From: Massalongia carnosa
Taxonomy: Eukaryota
NCBI GenBank assembly: GCA_965645245.1
Contig: OZ287083.1
Coordinates: forward strand, 1,178,001 to 1,242,000
DNA length: 64,000 nucleotides
Direction of reading: 5' to 3'
The translations under genes and the position numbers were made by a program. Below, in pieces: positions 26,340 to 40,337 of the stretch. Each line of letters opens with the position of its first letter. The stretch's first letter is position 1. The notes beneath the pieces are model-generated. The model saw nothing but the letters and a program-made list of their open reading frames with translations, made no database searches and was not told the origin of the DNA.

Positions 26340-29300
26340 ATGCCGGGCAGGCGCTCAACGATACCACCCTTGACGCCTAAGGTTGGTAAAAAACGAAAAA
26401 AAAATAGATCTCTTAATGCATTAGCGGTCGCGGAGCAACGAAATCCGTTTCAGTCCAAAATTCGATCTAATCGTTTGGGTGAGATCGAACAGGGCGTTTC
26501 TAAGCGTAAAAGAGTGGAGGAAAAGGATGTATCCGACCAAGATGATCTATCACAACCAGCAAGGAAACGCAGAGGAGCATCAAAAGACCGCTTTGGACAT
26601 GATATTGAGGTTGGAAGCGATAGTGATGGTAATAAATGGGTCATTGGCCAGGTCGACAGTGAAGACGACAGCGATCTCGACAGTGACGAGGCTATGGGTG
26701 AAAGTGAGGAGAGATTCGCACGCTTCACGTTTCGAGGAAGCTCGTCTAAGGCAGACAAAAAGCTTCGTCACAAGGCCTGGAAGCCGGGTCAAGAAGACAA
26801 TGAACCACTAGAAATTGATCTCCGTGAGGATGAGACTTCTCAGCATGGCTCAGACGAAGGTGTTGATGAACTTGGAGATGATGCCATTGATCTTGCTGCT
26901 ATGCTTGATGCCAGCGATAGCGCCCCAGAGGATAGCTCAAGTACTGGTAGCATAGAGGAGCAAGAGCATGACGATGCTGGCTTAAGTGCCGATGATTCTG
27001 GCTTAGATGCTGAGGGTTTAACAGACGGCGAAGACTCGGTACTTTCAATCTCGGAGAATGAAAATGAGGCCTCAGACCCGGTGAAACTCGCATCACTGCA
27101 GGCTTTTATTTCTGGGATACATGGCAACAGTTCAAGTACATCACAAGCTCACAAATCGACGAGGGACGTCCATGAATCAATAGCTCCCTCTGACTTCGGT
27201 CTAATCTCAACGAAGAAGCTCACAGTGGCTGATCTGATATCCTCCGTAACGGATCCTCACCTCAAAAAACCACTAAAGCTACTTATCAATAACGATATTA
27301 CATCCTCTGGTAAGCGAAGTGGTATGCTGAAAAAGTTAGATGTCCCGCTCGCAAAAAGGCAACAGGATCGTTTAGATCGAGCAGCTGCATACGTGAAGAG
27401 TAAGGAGACTCTCAACCGCTGGATTGACACAGTTAGACATAACCGAAGAGCGGAACATTTAAAGTTCCCGTTGCAGGACCCTAGTGCTGTTGGTGCTCAG
27501 GGGAAGCAGCGACTTATCCCAACAATTCAATCACGACCCATCACAGATCTTGAAAACGCAATACAGAACATATTGCAGGATAGCGGACTCGATTCCACGA
27601 AACCCGACTCCCTGGAAGATCAGCCTAATACTTTTGGAGATTTACAGACAAATAAAATATCAGTTGAGGGGGTCCAAGCTCGGAGAGCAGAGTTACGAAG
27701 AGCGCGAGATCTTCTGTTTAGAGAAGAGACCCGCGCTAGAAGAATCAAGAAGATCAAGAGTAAATCCTACCGACGTATCCATCGGAAAGAACGAGAGAGA
27801 AATGCTGTTTATGAAAAGGATGCATTGGTAGCGGCGGGTGTCGATGATTCGGAGAGCGAAAAAGAGCGAAATAACCGTCGTCGGGCCGAGGAGAGAATGG
27901 GGACACGCCATCGCGAGAGCAAGTGGGCACGAAGCGTGAAAGACACCGGAAGGGCACGATGGGATGAAGATGCTCGTAACGGAGTGATAGAGATGGCGAG
28001 AAGGGGGGAGGATCTGAGACGGAGGATCGAGGGTAAGCAAGGGTCTGCAGAGGAAGATGATTCCAGTACCTCTGAGTCGGTCTTCGATGACGAAAACGAT
28101 CATTTTGGCGTTGAACACGAAAATATAAAAACCGCTCAAAGAGCTCAGAACCGTTTGGATCGCGTGAGTGGGAGGGATGATGAGCGTGAGAATGGTTTGT
28201 CAGCTAATAGATCTGATCTCTCTTCGTTAGCATTCATGAAAAAAGCAGAAGCTTTGCGAAAGGCAAGAAATGATGTAGAGGTTGAGACAATACGACGAGA
28301 AATTGCTGGAGAAGTGAGACTAAGTGAACCGGAGGAGACGGAGGCTCTAGGGCGTAGATCATTCGGGCCGATGAAGAACAGAAATCCTTTCTCAGAAGGT
28401 CTTGCTCAGAAAAAGCAAAAGAGCGAATTCGAGGAGACTGCAGATCCCGGCACTGACGAGGAGAGTTTCCAGGGGTTTGTCGAAGAGAATAAACAGGAGA
28501 TTATTGTGGATAAATTAACGACCAAGGAACGCAATGTTTCAACGAGAAAGGGTAAGATCAGCCATGCAAGAGGATTGAAATCTGAGAACCTCGAGAATCC
28601 TTGGCTTTCAACTCAGACGAGTTCCAAGCCGACGAATCGAAAAATCCGGCATTCCCATGAAGTTGCGATAATCTCCAATAGCCTTCCAATGAACGATGTT
28701 AATACCTGTAACAGCGAAAGCCAAGCACAACCATTACCGGGACATGGAAAATTCAAAAGCTTGCAAACGGTAATCCAAGCCGTGAAAGCTGATTCATCCA
28801 ACCAAACTTCTGAAAGTGATGACGACGAGGGAGAGACGAGTAGATTACCATTTGTCATGCGAAATGAGGAACTTGTTCGGAAGGCATTTGCTGGTGATGA
28901 AGTCGTTGCAGCTTTTGAGAAAGAAAAGGAGGAGACTATGCGTGATGAAGAGGATAAGGTAATAGACAATACTTTGCCAGGCTGGGGCAACTGGATCGGA
29001 GCCGGGGTTAGTAAGAAAGAGCAAAAGCACAGCATGGGTAAGGTTTTGGAAAAGGTGGAGGGCATCCAGAAAGATAAGCGTCAAGATGCAAAACTAGACC
29101 ATGTCATCATCAACCAAAAGCGTGTAAAAAAGGTTGGTCTCGCTGCTCATAATGTTCTCCCCCTATGTCTAATGATGATAGAATGCCAAGTACCTCGCAT
29201 CGAACTTACCACATCCTTTCGAGACCAAACAACAATATGAACGATCGCTCCGATTGCCTGTTGGGCCTGAGTGGACAACGAAAGAAACCTTTCAATCTAC

Positions 29301-29364
29301 AACAAAGCCTCGAATATTGATGAAGCAAGGCATTATCATCCCAATGAAGACTCCAATACTTTAA
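26340..29364 (+). CDS. UTP14: U3 snoRNP / SSU processome protein Utp14
   Basis: RIKKIKSKSYRR, RAEERM...HRESKWA, AFAGDEV, LPGWGNW. Intron 29133-29181, then LPHPFETKQQYERSLRLPVGPEWTT. Divergent from MRPL27 across 282 bp. Confidence 0.93.
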
Positions 29365-30276
29365 ATTTCACCATTGAGATAGTACAGGGTCATTGTGGCT
29401 TAGTCCTCCGAATTTCTGTAGCGATTTTGAATGGTTTGACATTGCCTTGATACCCGTGGATCCGATATTAAAGTATGTGACCCTTGGCGGTTTTTCATAG
29501 AGCGCCTTGTCTAGCATCACCGTTAAAGGTCGTATTAGCCGCATCGCCATTTGCATTTGGTTACTTTGCACCTCACATACACATACTAATCCGATTCTCA
29601 TACGTGGAGGACGAGAACGCGGAGACTAGGGCGGTTGTTCCGATGGAGTGGACAGGACGAGACGACCACCCCAGAATTTGCTTAAGTCAATATTTTCGGG
29701 GTTGGCAAAGCAGTATTGACGGAGCACAGCATTGATGGGACAGCTATATCGGGTGTGTGCAATCATCTTCTACTAAGTTCATCGATCAATTGATACTTGG
29801 AGACTTTGCGCCTGCATTCCACTTCCATTGTTGCTACGAGCACCCAAGAATGTGAGGCTTGTCGTTCAGCATTCCTCGCTCCTCGCTCTTTTTAGATATT
29901 TCTCGAGTATTTCCGTTGATTTTTCGGATTGTAGTGTAAGGTAATCCACGTGCTTTGCCGTTTCTATGGGGAATGATGCTTGGCTCACGGCTATCATCAT
30001 ACGCTATATATCTTCAGGAGCTTTCCTAATCCTCAATCCCAATTTGCTTATGGATGCAGCTTGCTTTTTTCTATAACAAATCTAACTATATTTAAAAGAA
30101 AATTGCAACCTATTGGAATTATATAGCTCTTCCATTGCTCTCAAATCCTTCGAGTTCTCATTTAATCTGTCTGTTGCAAGCAACCTGTTCATTGTGGCCC
30201 TAACATCGAGAAATTCCTCGTAGCGACAGTTCTCTAGAGGAATAAGGCCTGAACCCTTCATCTAGCTCTTTACTCC

Positions 30277-33200
30277 ATGACGTCTGGAAGGTATCTTGTG
30301 TTGTTTGTATTGATGCTAATTACTTCCTGTAGCAATCGAGTGCTTACACTACCACGACGTTATCCCATCAAAGAAATCCCCAGCACTTCTCCGCAACATA
30401 CCCTATCGTCTTCATTGATCGACGTTGTCCTTACGCAGTTTCCACCAACGACGACAGTCCAAAACACACAGCCAGGCACCAAAGGAGTGAGTTCCGCGTC
30501 TGGTTTTGATGGCTGATTATGTGCACTTGATATACTTTTTATTCCTCTTTCACTTTGAGTACTAAAAATGATAACAAGATCATATATACAACCCTTGAAA
30601 CACAGGGGCGTTCGTCAATTCAACCATTTCCCACCCCTACCAAGTCATTAATAATATTATCACCCTTCCAATCAGCGTCAGCACGGAGACCGTCGAATTT
30701 TTCGAAACGAAGCAACCACACTCGCGTACTTCCAAGGAGAGACTACGATCCATATATAATGTGTCCCACAGATGTCTTCTTACCAATCTCCACCAACGCT
30801 CCCCCATGTTCAATAGCCTCGAGAAGCGATCATCCAGCTCCCAGGCTCGGTATAGTACGTGTGCTGTTCGCTTTCCCAAGCTATCTAGCTTACTTACATA
30901 TCTACTTCATTCAGGTCCCGCAAAATAGTCCTATCTCGACTAATAAATTTTATGCAAACCTATTTCTCGGGTCCCAAAACCAAGGAGTATGGACACATCC
31001 ATACTCAGTGACTTGGTGTAAAGGGGCTGGCAACGCTCGAAGTTGGGGAATGGCGATATCTCATATTGAGGCGAACCAGAGGGCGTACGGCCCACCTAAT
31101 ACTGCAATCTCAGGACATCCGGCTCAATATTTCATAAATCCGATTGGAATTCAGTCCATTATTTTTTCTGCAACTGAACTAGGGCCATCTACCGTCTTGA
31201 CCAGTGATACTTTACAGGCTTTCTCAGCCAACGCGAACCTTGCACCATCCGCAGGTTCTTCAAGAAAGATAACTTTCCCCCTCGTTCAAGGCATGGGATT
31301 TGTTACGGGAGTTTATACAGGTTTACAACCTGCGATACAAAGCAGCGTCTTTTTTCGCAGTATCGTGTTCGCAGGATCTCCCCGCCCAGGCATTTTCAAA
31401 TATCGTATCAGCTTGGAAGATAACAAGAGCTGGCTGCTCTATGCACGACCATATGACCGGCAAGACCTTCAGCTCTCACTTACCTCAAACACGCTCCTGC
31501 GGGGCGTGCCTAATTGGTCTGGAGCTATTCAGATTGCCAAAAACCCATCGGGCAGTGCTGGGGAGGCGGTCTACGATAGATCTGCGGGTGTGTATGCAGT
31601 AGGGGCCAATATCACTGGCTCCACGTTCGCTGGAGCTGGGAATTATCAGCTCTGTTGGACCAAGGCTGGCTCGGTGTCGGAAAATCCACCGCCACGGCTT
31701 CTCATGTTCGCATTGCCCCATCATGTGCAGTCCTTTGACGTTACAACTCCTACCCCGTCGCACAAGACGACCATTCAACTCCAAACAACTACTAAAGGAG
31801 TGGCTATAGCTGTACTTGCTGACGACTGGAATTTTCTGGAACCCGCCTTACCAACTACAATGGGCTTTACGCCATGGACAATATCAGCGAAAAGTACAAA
31901 GAGCCTTTCCGCCACGGTTAAAGAATTCATCAAAGAGATTGCCGCTTCAGAGGTGAGGCAAGACATGGGTGCTCAGTCGAATCTGGATAGCATGTACTTT
32001 AGCGGAAAGGCATTAAGCAAATTTGCAACTTTGGTATATGCGATACATGATTTGGAGCAACTGTCCAACCTTGCCAAAGAGGGATTGTCCCAGCTCAGAG
32101 TCGCGTTTGCTCGTTTTGCAACCAATATGCAGATATATCCATTGATCTATGATACGGCTTGGAAAGGCATTGTTTCCTCGGCTAGCTATATCACCGGCGA
32201 TTCTGGGATGGACTTTGGGAATACCTACTATAACGACCATCATTTCCATTACGGTTCGTAGCGATTGACCTAAAGCTTAAACATGGGGAACTGTTGCTAA
32301 CATTTTTTCAAGCCTACTTCATTCATGCCGCTGCAATTCTGGCTCATCTTGATCCTCATTGGATTCCGCTAAACAAAGACTGGGTCAACACGTTAGTCCG
32401 CGACGCATCCAACCCTAGTACTCAAGACAAATATTTCCCTTTCTCACGAGCCTTTGACTGGTATCATGGACACTCCTTCGCGAAGGGGCTCTATGAATCC
32501 GCAGACTCCAAGGATGAGGAAAGCACTAGCGAAGATGCATTTTTCAGCTATGCGATCAAACTGTGGGGCCACGTCACAGGCGACGCTTCAATGGAAGCGA
32601 GGGGAAATCTCATGCTCGCGGTTCAGAAAAGGAGTTTTGCCAATTATTTCCTAATGCAGAGCGATAATACCATCCAGCCAGCGAACTTTATCGGGAATAA
32701 AGTTTCTGGGATTGTAAGAAATTCCGAGTCCTAGATTCCGGGTTGCTTTTTTTTGGCTAATCGCCCACGGAGGATTTTAGCTGTTCGAGAACAAAATCGA
32801 CCATGCGACTTACTTCGGCAACAAACCGGAATATATCCAAGGGTAACCTCCACTCTTCTTCTTACCGTCCACCTCCCTTCCCAATCCTCAAAGAGCCGAC
32901 CCCCCCAGGCTAATGAAACCCTCTCGGACCACAGCATCCACATGCTCCCCCACCAGCCCTTCAGCTCTTACATCCGCAGCCCCACCTTCGTCCGCGAGGA
33001 ATGGCTTGTCTATTTCTCCCCCTCATCCCCGTACCCTGCGCATACCATCGCTGGCGGTTGGAGGGGGATTCTGTACGCCAATCTCGCCACCATTGACCCC
33101 AAAGCTTCGTGGGAGTTTTTCGCGCAAGACGGGTTCGACGCTGGATGGCTGGATGGCGGAACCACCCGGACGGCAGGCTTGGTTTGGGCAGCTGGTCAGT

Positions 33201-33320
33201 ATCCATCTTTTGTTTTTTGCTTTCGCTTTTCCAAGTAGATGAGGGAAACTGGATGACTGAGACTGAGAGTTCAACTTCTAACTCGTGGGTGTTGATCTAG
33301 CTTTGGGAGGGGTTGAGTGA
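30277..33320 (+). CDS. Endo-1,3(4)-beta-glucanase, glycoside hydrolase family 81 (5' exons uncertain)
   Basis: PISTNKFYAN, FPLVQGMGFVT, SMYFSGKAL, DFGNTYYNDHHFHYG, KDEESTSED, FENKIDHATYFG, IHMLP. Several GT-AG introns. Confidence 0.9.
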
Positions 33321-34419
33321 ACTTCCGACCCGTACAACAAAACCCAAGCAGGGGAGCAAACAGGGATAAGAACAGGTAATTAGAAACGCAACGCACACGA
33401 TGATTAGCGAGAAGGTAAGTAAGCACCCCTTTCAAACCCCCTCGTGGAGCAAGTAGGTATATCGCCAGAACGAGCGGCAAGGGGACAACCGCAATACCTC
33501 AACAAGGCCTTTTGGGGGGGAAGGGTTGGGAGGACCACCGCCAACGTTCATTCGTATATTTTTTTCTTGGAAAAGGGCCTTCAATACATATGTACGCACA
33601 TCGGACTTCATCATACGTCGAGTAGGGGGAATATGTATGCTATATCTACATACATACAATAGCACAGTGAGGACAAAATCAATATAGCACCTCCGTATTA
33701 TTCAGTATGATCTATCTACTAACCTTTTCACCCAATATCTTTGTGGACACCCAAATCCAGGACTAGGACCAGGACCAATGTAAGAAAAGAAAAGAAAAAA
33801 GTGAAAAGCCGGACCTAACGTTCGTAGCGGGTTTGAAACAAACTTCTCGACGTCCGGAATCGGGGGAGATAAAACTCTCGGTTTTTTTTGGTTTTTTCTC
33901 CTAGGTAGGTATCTAAGTATTTTATTCATCATCTACGAAATCCAAAACCCTCTCCCCCTTCCTTCCTTCCTACTCTCACTTCCCCTTCCCCCACCCAGCA
34001 ACCCAGCCTAACCCATCCAGCCACCCCCAAAAGCAACATCCAGTTCCTCCCTTTCTCCGTCTAAAAAAACAAAAACAAAAAAACACCGCCGTCCCTTTCC
34101 TTGGCAACCTTTTAGAACTTTCGATTATCAGGTTCTCGTGAGATTCCCGAAAGCGGGATTTCCCGTTTCCTTGAACCCCGGAGAGAGAGAGAGAGAGTAG
34201 GGATGGAAGGAGGAAAAGGGGGGATATGAGAGACGGTGATATCGGTAGTTCTCTCCACATGCGTGCGTGCGCATATACCTCCAAAGGGGTGGGGTTTTTT
34301 TCCACAAGGGGGAAGGGGGGGTTAGGTAGATGAATCATCATCTGTATGTTACGAGATAGGTACATAAGAGATAACCCTTTCGGGAAGGGAGGAGGTAGGC
34401 TACATGTGACAGACAAGCC

Positions 34420-36270
34420 TCAAACGAAAATCGAGCGAAAAAACGGAAGCGGCCGAAAGGTCAGGTGCCGGGTCAGAACCGAGCTTCGCCATCCGCCAAA
34501 CCTGCCCGTTTGTCTCCGGGGGTTAGGCACGCAGGTCAGCAGGGAAGTTTGCGTGGGAACGGGGACATCTGCAGCTGTATAATTTGGGCTCCCGTGTCGA
34601 CTCTCTCCATCCTTTTGGAAATGGCTTGTGATCGCTGCCCAAAGCCCGTTCTTTACCCCCTCGGGCCGGTCGCCCTGGTCCAGAGGTTCTAGCGATTCAT
34701 AGCCAAACTGCGCCCAGAACCTCTGATCCCACCCCGGCGCCTGCACCTGCTCCCACACCTGCGTCTCCAGCGGGTCCCACACCTCCACCTGCCACCTGTC
34801 CCACCTCTCCCTCGCCGCCCTCAGCTTCTCCGTCCCAACCTGGGATGGATTGGCTGGGCGTTCGTTGCCAGATCGGGACGGGTTTTCATCATCATTGTGC
34901 TCCTGCTGGAGATCTTGCGTCTGAGCTTTCTCTCGCAGGGCGTTGAAATCTCCATTGATGGCGTGTAAGTGCTGTAGGGTTTGCGACAGCTGGTTTAAAG
35001 CTTCCTCGATAACGGGGTCGAATTGGGCAAGTATATTGAGTTGTGAACGGATCCTGACGGCCTCGGGGCCTTGGTCATTAGCGTAGCCCATCAGCACGTA
35101 CAATGTCGTCCAGAGGCCCCGCGCATCGGCCATGGCTATGCGTTCTCCCGATTCGAAAACTTGGTCTCGTTTCACGATGGATCGGACGTAGTTGAGTTGA
35201 AGTTTGAGGAATGTGAGCCCTTGAACGAGTTCCCCGGCTTGGTCTATCAATAAAGGGATTACTGGCTCAGCTCGTAGATCTTGAAAGCTTAGCCAGGCGG
35301 CAGGGAGTTCTCGGGCTTTGTACGGTACAAGGCCGAAAGCGGGGGTGAAAATGTTATTGGCGATCCACACAGCGGCTATATTGAAAAAGGTATATTCATG
35401 GCAGGAGGCCTTCTGAATAGAATAGATTTGATGAGTCGTTGATTTAATAACTGTTAGAAACAAGCCTATTGTTTGACGAAGGTGGAAGTCAAATTCCTGA
35501 AGCTTATCCTGAAGCTTGATGTTCACGTTGTGGTACTTATAAAGCACCGTAACAATGCCGCGGCGAGAAGAAAGAGTAGAGGCTTCGATCTCACCACAAG
35601 CTTCGTCCGTTGCCTTTCCCAACTTAGCCATAACGAAAGGAAGAGCCTTAACATAGGGAGCTCGTTCGGTCACATTACTCCATTTATCATTGACTTGATC
35701 GAGGATTTCGATGATTGATGGGCGGTGGATCTTAAGTTGGTTAATCATGGATGGAGTGATTTCTGTAGGAGAACAAAAGACAGCGTAAAGGACTGTATCA
35801 GAAGGGAGACGACAGAGCTCAGAAAACGTTTGTTTTCCTAAATAAAAACACGCGAATCCAATGAAGAGAGGAAAACCCAGCTTTCGAGTCCAAGTAAAGA
35901 ATGGCCGTCCGAGCAGCGAAAGAGTATGATACAGCCCGTGCCTAGCTGTTCTCCGCGTATTCCCCAAGATATCTTCGGAAAGGTGTCGTGCAGCTTCGAT
36001 ACTATACGTGCTCTGCCGCTCAGGGGAATAGCGCGATCTAGGTGGCTTGATGCTCTTTGTTGCCGTCGCGGTAAGAAGACCTTGCCTCTCCGACTGGCTT
36101 AGTTGTCCCCAGTTTTTAGTTGGGAAGGCGGACCTCCCGTTGCTTTTTTGGTGTTGCGTCCTCGCCGCATTCTTCTGGATTATGTTCTGTGAAGAGCTAA
36201 AACGTGCTTCTAGGGGATTGTAGCTCGCAAGGTAAGGGATAGAGCCCCTGAAAGTAGGAACATTTTGCAT
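34420..36270 (-). CDS. Uncharacterised 616-aa protein with a single predicted TM segment followed by long amphipathic/coiled-coil helices
   Basis: Long uninterrupted ORF with ATG. Hydrophobic FPLFIGFACFYLG, C-x-LP...FC motif, heptad-rich region. The 3' end may be shorter. Confidence 0.55.
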   Translation of the reverse strand: MQNVPTFRGSIPYLASYNPLEARFSSSQNIIQKNAARTQHQKSNGRSAFPTKNWGQLSQSERQGLLTATATKSIKPPRSRYSPERQSTYSIEAARHLSEDILGNTRRTARHGLYHTLSLLGRPFFTWTRKLGFPLFIGFACFYLGKQTFSELCRLPSDTVLYAVFCSPTEITPSMINQLKIHRPSIIEILDQVNDKWSNVTERAPYVKALPFVMAKLGKATDEACGEIEASTLSSRRGIVTVLYKYHNVNIKLQDKLQEFDFHLRQTIGLFLTVIKSTTHQIYSIQKASCHEYTFFNIAAVWIANNIFTPAFGLVPYKARELPAAWLSFQDLRAEPVIPLLIDQAGELVQGLTFLKLQLNYVRSIVKRDQVFESGERIAMADARGLWTTLYVLMGYANDQGPEAVRIRSQLNILAQFDPVIEEALNQLSQTLQHLHAINGDFNALREKAQTQDLQQEHNDDENPSRSGNERPANPSQVGTEKLRAARERWDRWQVEVWDPLETQVWEQVQAPGWDQRFWAQFGYESLEPLDQGDRPEGVKNGLWAAITSHFQKDGESRHGSPNYTAADVPVPTQTSLLTCVPNPRRQTGRFGGWRSSVLTRHLTFRPLPFFRSIFV

Positions 36271-37350
36271 TCTGATCGGTTTGAGCGGCTCTCAGTTGCA
36301 ATATATTCCCACTAATTCTGGGTTGATGGAATTCCAAATATTCCAAAGATATATGATTAGAAACTTAGATAACGACATTAGATACATATAACTCTTAAGG
36401 ACCTTACGAGTTGCTCAATAAAGATTCTATGGGACTAGATGCATATAGACATATCACATTCCAATCGGCAAAACGTTCTTTCTCGACCTCATACTCGCTC
36501 TGCATTCGGCCATATACAGGAAGTTGCTGGTAGTCATGGTTATTTCCTTTGTCCTGTCTTGTTTACCTTCGCAAAGGTTGATTGAGTTCATATCCATATG
36601 GACTAACACTAGAGTTTACGAGAGCGCAACAGGGCAAGTCAGTATGTCTTGGAAGGTTTCCCTCGTCCATAAGGAACGGTGCTGCCGCCAATCGTAGCGG
36701 TTCCCTCCATCCTCACTCCGCCTTTGGATTAGGGATGCCTGTTTGGAAAAGGCCTCACAATACCGCAAGCCTTTTGTCGAATTGGACCTACACCCATTAA
36801 TCATGAAACCATCAGTGGAACGAGTGCTTCATCGATAGACTCTTTCGCTTCCGATCATTGTACTCTGTAAAATCCATGTATGAAGTATCGAGAAAAGATA
36901 GAGATGTCGTCTGTGGGATTAGTTTTACGTTCTAACGCTGTTATAAAATAATTTTACAGAACATCGTATTTTTTGTTTAGGACGATTCACTCTAATGTTT
37001 ATATACGAAACCAATCAGATAACTTCATGCGAAGTCTTTAACTGACACGTGACTGACAGGAATCTCGAGTTTTTTTATACGAGTTTTATTATACGAGTTT
37101 TATTTGAACTTTCTCGAAGAATCAAGTCGTATCAAAAATCGCTATCTTACAGTCGTTAGTAACATTTAGAGTACTTGCCAAAAATACGTGTACTCTAGGC
37201 GTCTAGGCATCACCTCACATCTGAGCTACTGAGGCATCTCCAACCTCTTATCCTCCTTCCATCTTCCTTCCATCTTCCTCACTCCTCAACTTGTTGCTCA
37301 TCATCTGCTTTTCACTTTGCTGTTCTGGCCAAGCGAGAGCCTTAATTTCA

Positions 37351-37391
37351 TGATTCCTTGATTCCTTGATTCCTTGATTCTTTGATTCCTT
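37351..37391. repeat. (TGATTCCT)x5 minisatellite
   Basis: Directly visible 8-mer tandem array with one variant unit. Confidence 0.85.
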
Positions 37392-37670
37392 TATACCAGT
37401 GGTAAATCAATGTTTGCTTGGCGTTTACCTGCCTTTTGCCTGGTTTGGTCCTGGTTGCCTGGCAGGTACCATGTAGCCTAGAAAGTTATACGTAACATAT
37501 AACCTAGCTCCTATGCTTTACCTGTGTCTTACCTCCAAGTCTCTCCCGTTCCCTCATGATCTTGCCCTCCTTCAATTCTTGAATCAAAATCCGCTGCGAA
37601 ATCGACGCATTGTGCCCAACATAAAATCAGCTTATCGCATCTACCCGCTTTATTACTGTATCGCTACATC

Positions 37671-40337
37671 ATGGCTGAAGAAAACATTCATCGACAGGAG
37701 CTCTCGATTTGGGATCTGATGACGCGATTGGTCACTTTGTATCCTTCTCGAGCTCATGTGATTTGAGACATCAATGACATTAACGACATCAACGACATCA
37801 CTCTTCAGGTTAGTCTTTCGACAGGTTATCCAAAGATGAAACTCCCAAATTTTTGCAGATTGTATGTTCCTCCAGCAGCCTTGCTAACAGGATTTATTCC
37901 AGCCAGGCGCAAATGAAATCACCATCTATGATTTTACCCCAACTGCCGACGAAAACTCCATCAAAGTAGAAGGCAAGGGCTCTGCGATAATCACGGACAT
38001 CAATGTGGATCTCATTGCTAATCGAGACTTTTTCGATGAAATTTACCCCCCCGAGTCTGAAGATTCCGACAACTACGAGGACGACCTTAGCGATCCCGAA
38101 TCGTAGGCTGAAGCCTTGAAGACCATTTCAGATAAAAGCAAGAAACTTGAGAAACTAACTCAAGAGGCTACTGAGGAGAGAGAATCTTCAATCAGCCGTC
38201 TTCACCTCGTGGAGCTGTTTGGTAAGAGCTTTGCCGATCCCCGCCCAGACGATCTTGAAGCAAGCCTCTACGTATACAAGGAGGAGCATCAGAAAGCCTT
38301 TGAAGATCGCATGGCCAACGAAGAGGTGATCAAATCCTTACAGAATGATCTTTCCAATCTGATGGAGGAGAACCATAAGGTATTGAAAGCGGCCGAGAAG
38401 GCAAAGAAGAAGACGGAAAAAGCCAAAATTAAAAGGTTTGCTCAAATGCAACTTGTGCGGCAGGAAAAATTGCAAGCCAAACGCCGACTCAAGGAAGAGC
38501 GCATTGCTTTCTGGCCCAAGAAAGTCTATTGCGTTGTGGTGAGCTTGGACACCAATTCCGACATGACGCCTAGCTCCTCGCGCCGAGAGTCGATAGATAG
38601 TCTAGTGAAGTTGGCATTATCATCTTCCGCAGCTAACTTAGGGTCAACAGAAATAAACCTGTCTATATCCTACATCACCCACTCTGCCTTCTGGTCCCCT
38701 CGATATGATCTGAGCTTCACAACACCCACCCAGTCTGGGCTGATTACCTATCGAGCCGAGTTTTGCAACCGTACTTCAGAAACATGGCGCGACGCTAAAA
38801 TCATCCTATCCACCACGCAGACCTCCTTTCAAGGCTTAGGTGAGCCGATACCGAAGCTGGTACCCTGGACCATCTGTCTCTCCAAGGCAGCAGGCTGGAA
38901 CAGCGTAGATGGAGCACTGCTGAGTGTTAGCGAAAGGGGGCACGATCGCAAGGAACCGGTTGCAAACTCCAACAAGCCGCAGGAGACCCGAAAAGCTCTT
39001 TTTGGACTGCCTGAAGACAGCGGCTCCGATAGCGTGTATAATGTCTATGAACAGATGTTTTTATTGGTTAAACAGCGACAAAAATTGCAGCAGCAACAAA
39101 TGCCGCACCAACAGGGAAGCTATGAAGCGCTGCCACAAATACAACAGCAACAAACACAGCCGTATGAAATACGCCACCGACCAATGTGGCACTAACAGGG
39201 GGCTTATCAATCGCAGCGCCAGCAGTACCAGCAACAACTGCAGCAGTTAAGAACCCAAAACGCCAATCTTTTGAAGTCTGCCCAAGCCAGCAATACTGTG
39301 GCCAGGGGAGCCACTTTCTCCACTCAAGCTCTACCTTCAGCCCAAGTTCATTCGTCGCTATTTGGTAACCGCCAGAGCAACATACCAATGACTAACTTGA
39401 ATGACCACGGAAGCGGCAATCCCATGGGAAACATATTCGGAAGCTCCATGGTTCCAACAACATTCGAACACGGCAGCTCCTACAACGATACAAGCTTCGA
39501 CGCCGAAACCTTCGTCCCCCCAACTCCACTCTGGACTTCGAACAATCCAGCTGGGAAGAAACCGGCCTGACAGCCACCTACGACGTGCCGGGCCTCCGGA
39601 CCATCCCCCCCAGCCCAGTCACGCGCCGCCACAAAATCGCCTCGATCGGGCTAAAGAACGTGCAGCTCTCGCACGTGCTGGTGCCCAAGTTGCGCGAAGC
39701 CGCCTTTCTGAAGGTGCGCGCGCGCAACACCTCCTCCATCACGCTGCTCAAGGGCCCTGCGGGCCTCACGCTCGACGGCTCCTTCCTGGGCAACACCACC
39801 CTGCCGCGCTGCAGCGCTGGCGACACCTTTAGCCTCAACCTGGGCGTGGACCCGGGCGTCACCGTCGCGTATCAGAAGCTGGCCGTGCGGCGGAGCGAGA
39901 CAGGGCTGTTCCAGAAGGAGGGCAGCTGCGTGTCCAGGCGCGCGGTGGTGGTGACGAACGCGAAGGGCAACGCCCACGTGCTGGAGGGCGTGATGCTGGA
40001 CCAGGTGCCTGTGAGCGAGGACGAGAAGCTGCGGGTGGAGGTGTTGCAGCTGCGGGGTTTGCGCAACGAGGGGGACACGGTGGCGAGCGGGACTATGGTG
40101 GTGGCGGAGGCGGTGGGGAAAAGCACGAGCGTGCGGGCGACGGGGCCGGGCGACGGGGCTCGAGGAGGGCCCGCGGCGCAGGGAAATGAGGGGGAGAAAT
40201 GGGGGAAGGCGGTGGCGGTGCTGAAGAAGGGCGGGGAGGTGTGCTGGAACCTGAAACTGAACCCGGGCTACGGGGTCAGGCTGGCGTTGGAATACGAGGC
40301 GAAATTCCCCGGCAGCGAGAAGGTGGTGAGCAAGTGA
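37671..40337 (+). pseudogene. DUF4140/DUF4139 (mucoidy-inhibitor-like) protein pseudogene
   Basis: VTLYPSRAHV, DENSIKVEG, AFWSPRYDL, TSETWRDAKIILST, LLKGPAGLTLDGSFLG, LGVDP, DQVPVSEDEKL. In-frame stops TGA 37764-66 and TAG 38104-06; frame changes near 39190 and 39520. Confidence 0.8.

Noticed and set aside
33320..34420. Homopolymer- and microsatellite-rich intergenic DNA (similar at 9760-10330 and 40340-40630) as ncRNA or repeat array
   Set aside because: No periodic unit or recognisable RNA gene; looks like low-complexity 3'-end DNA between convergent genes.
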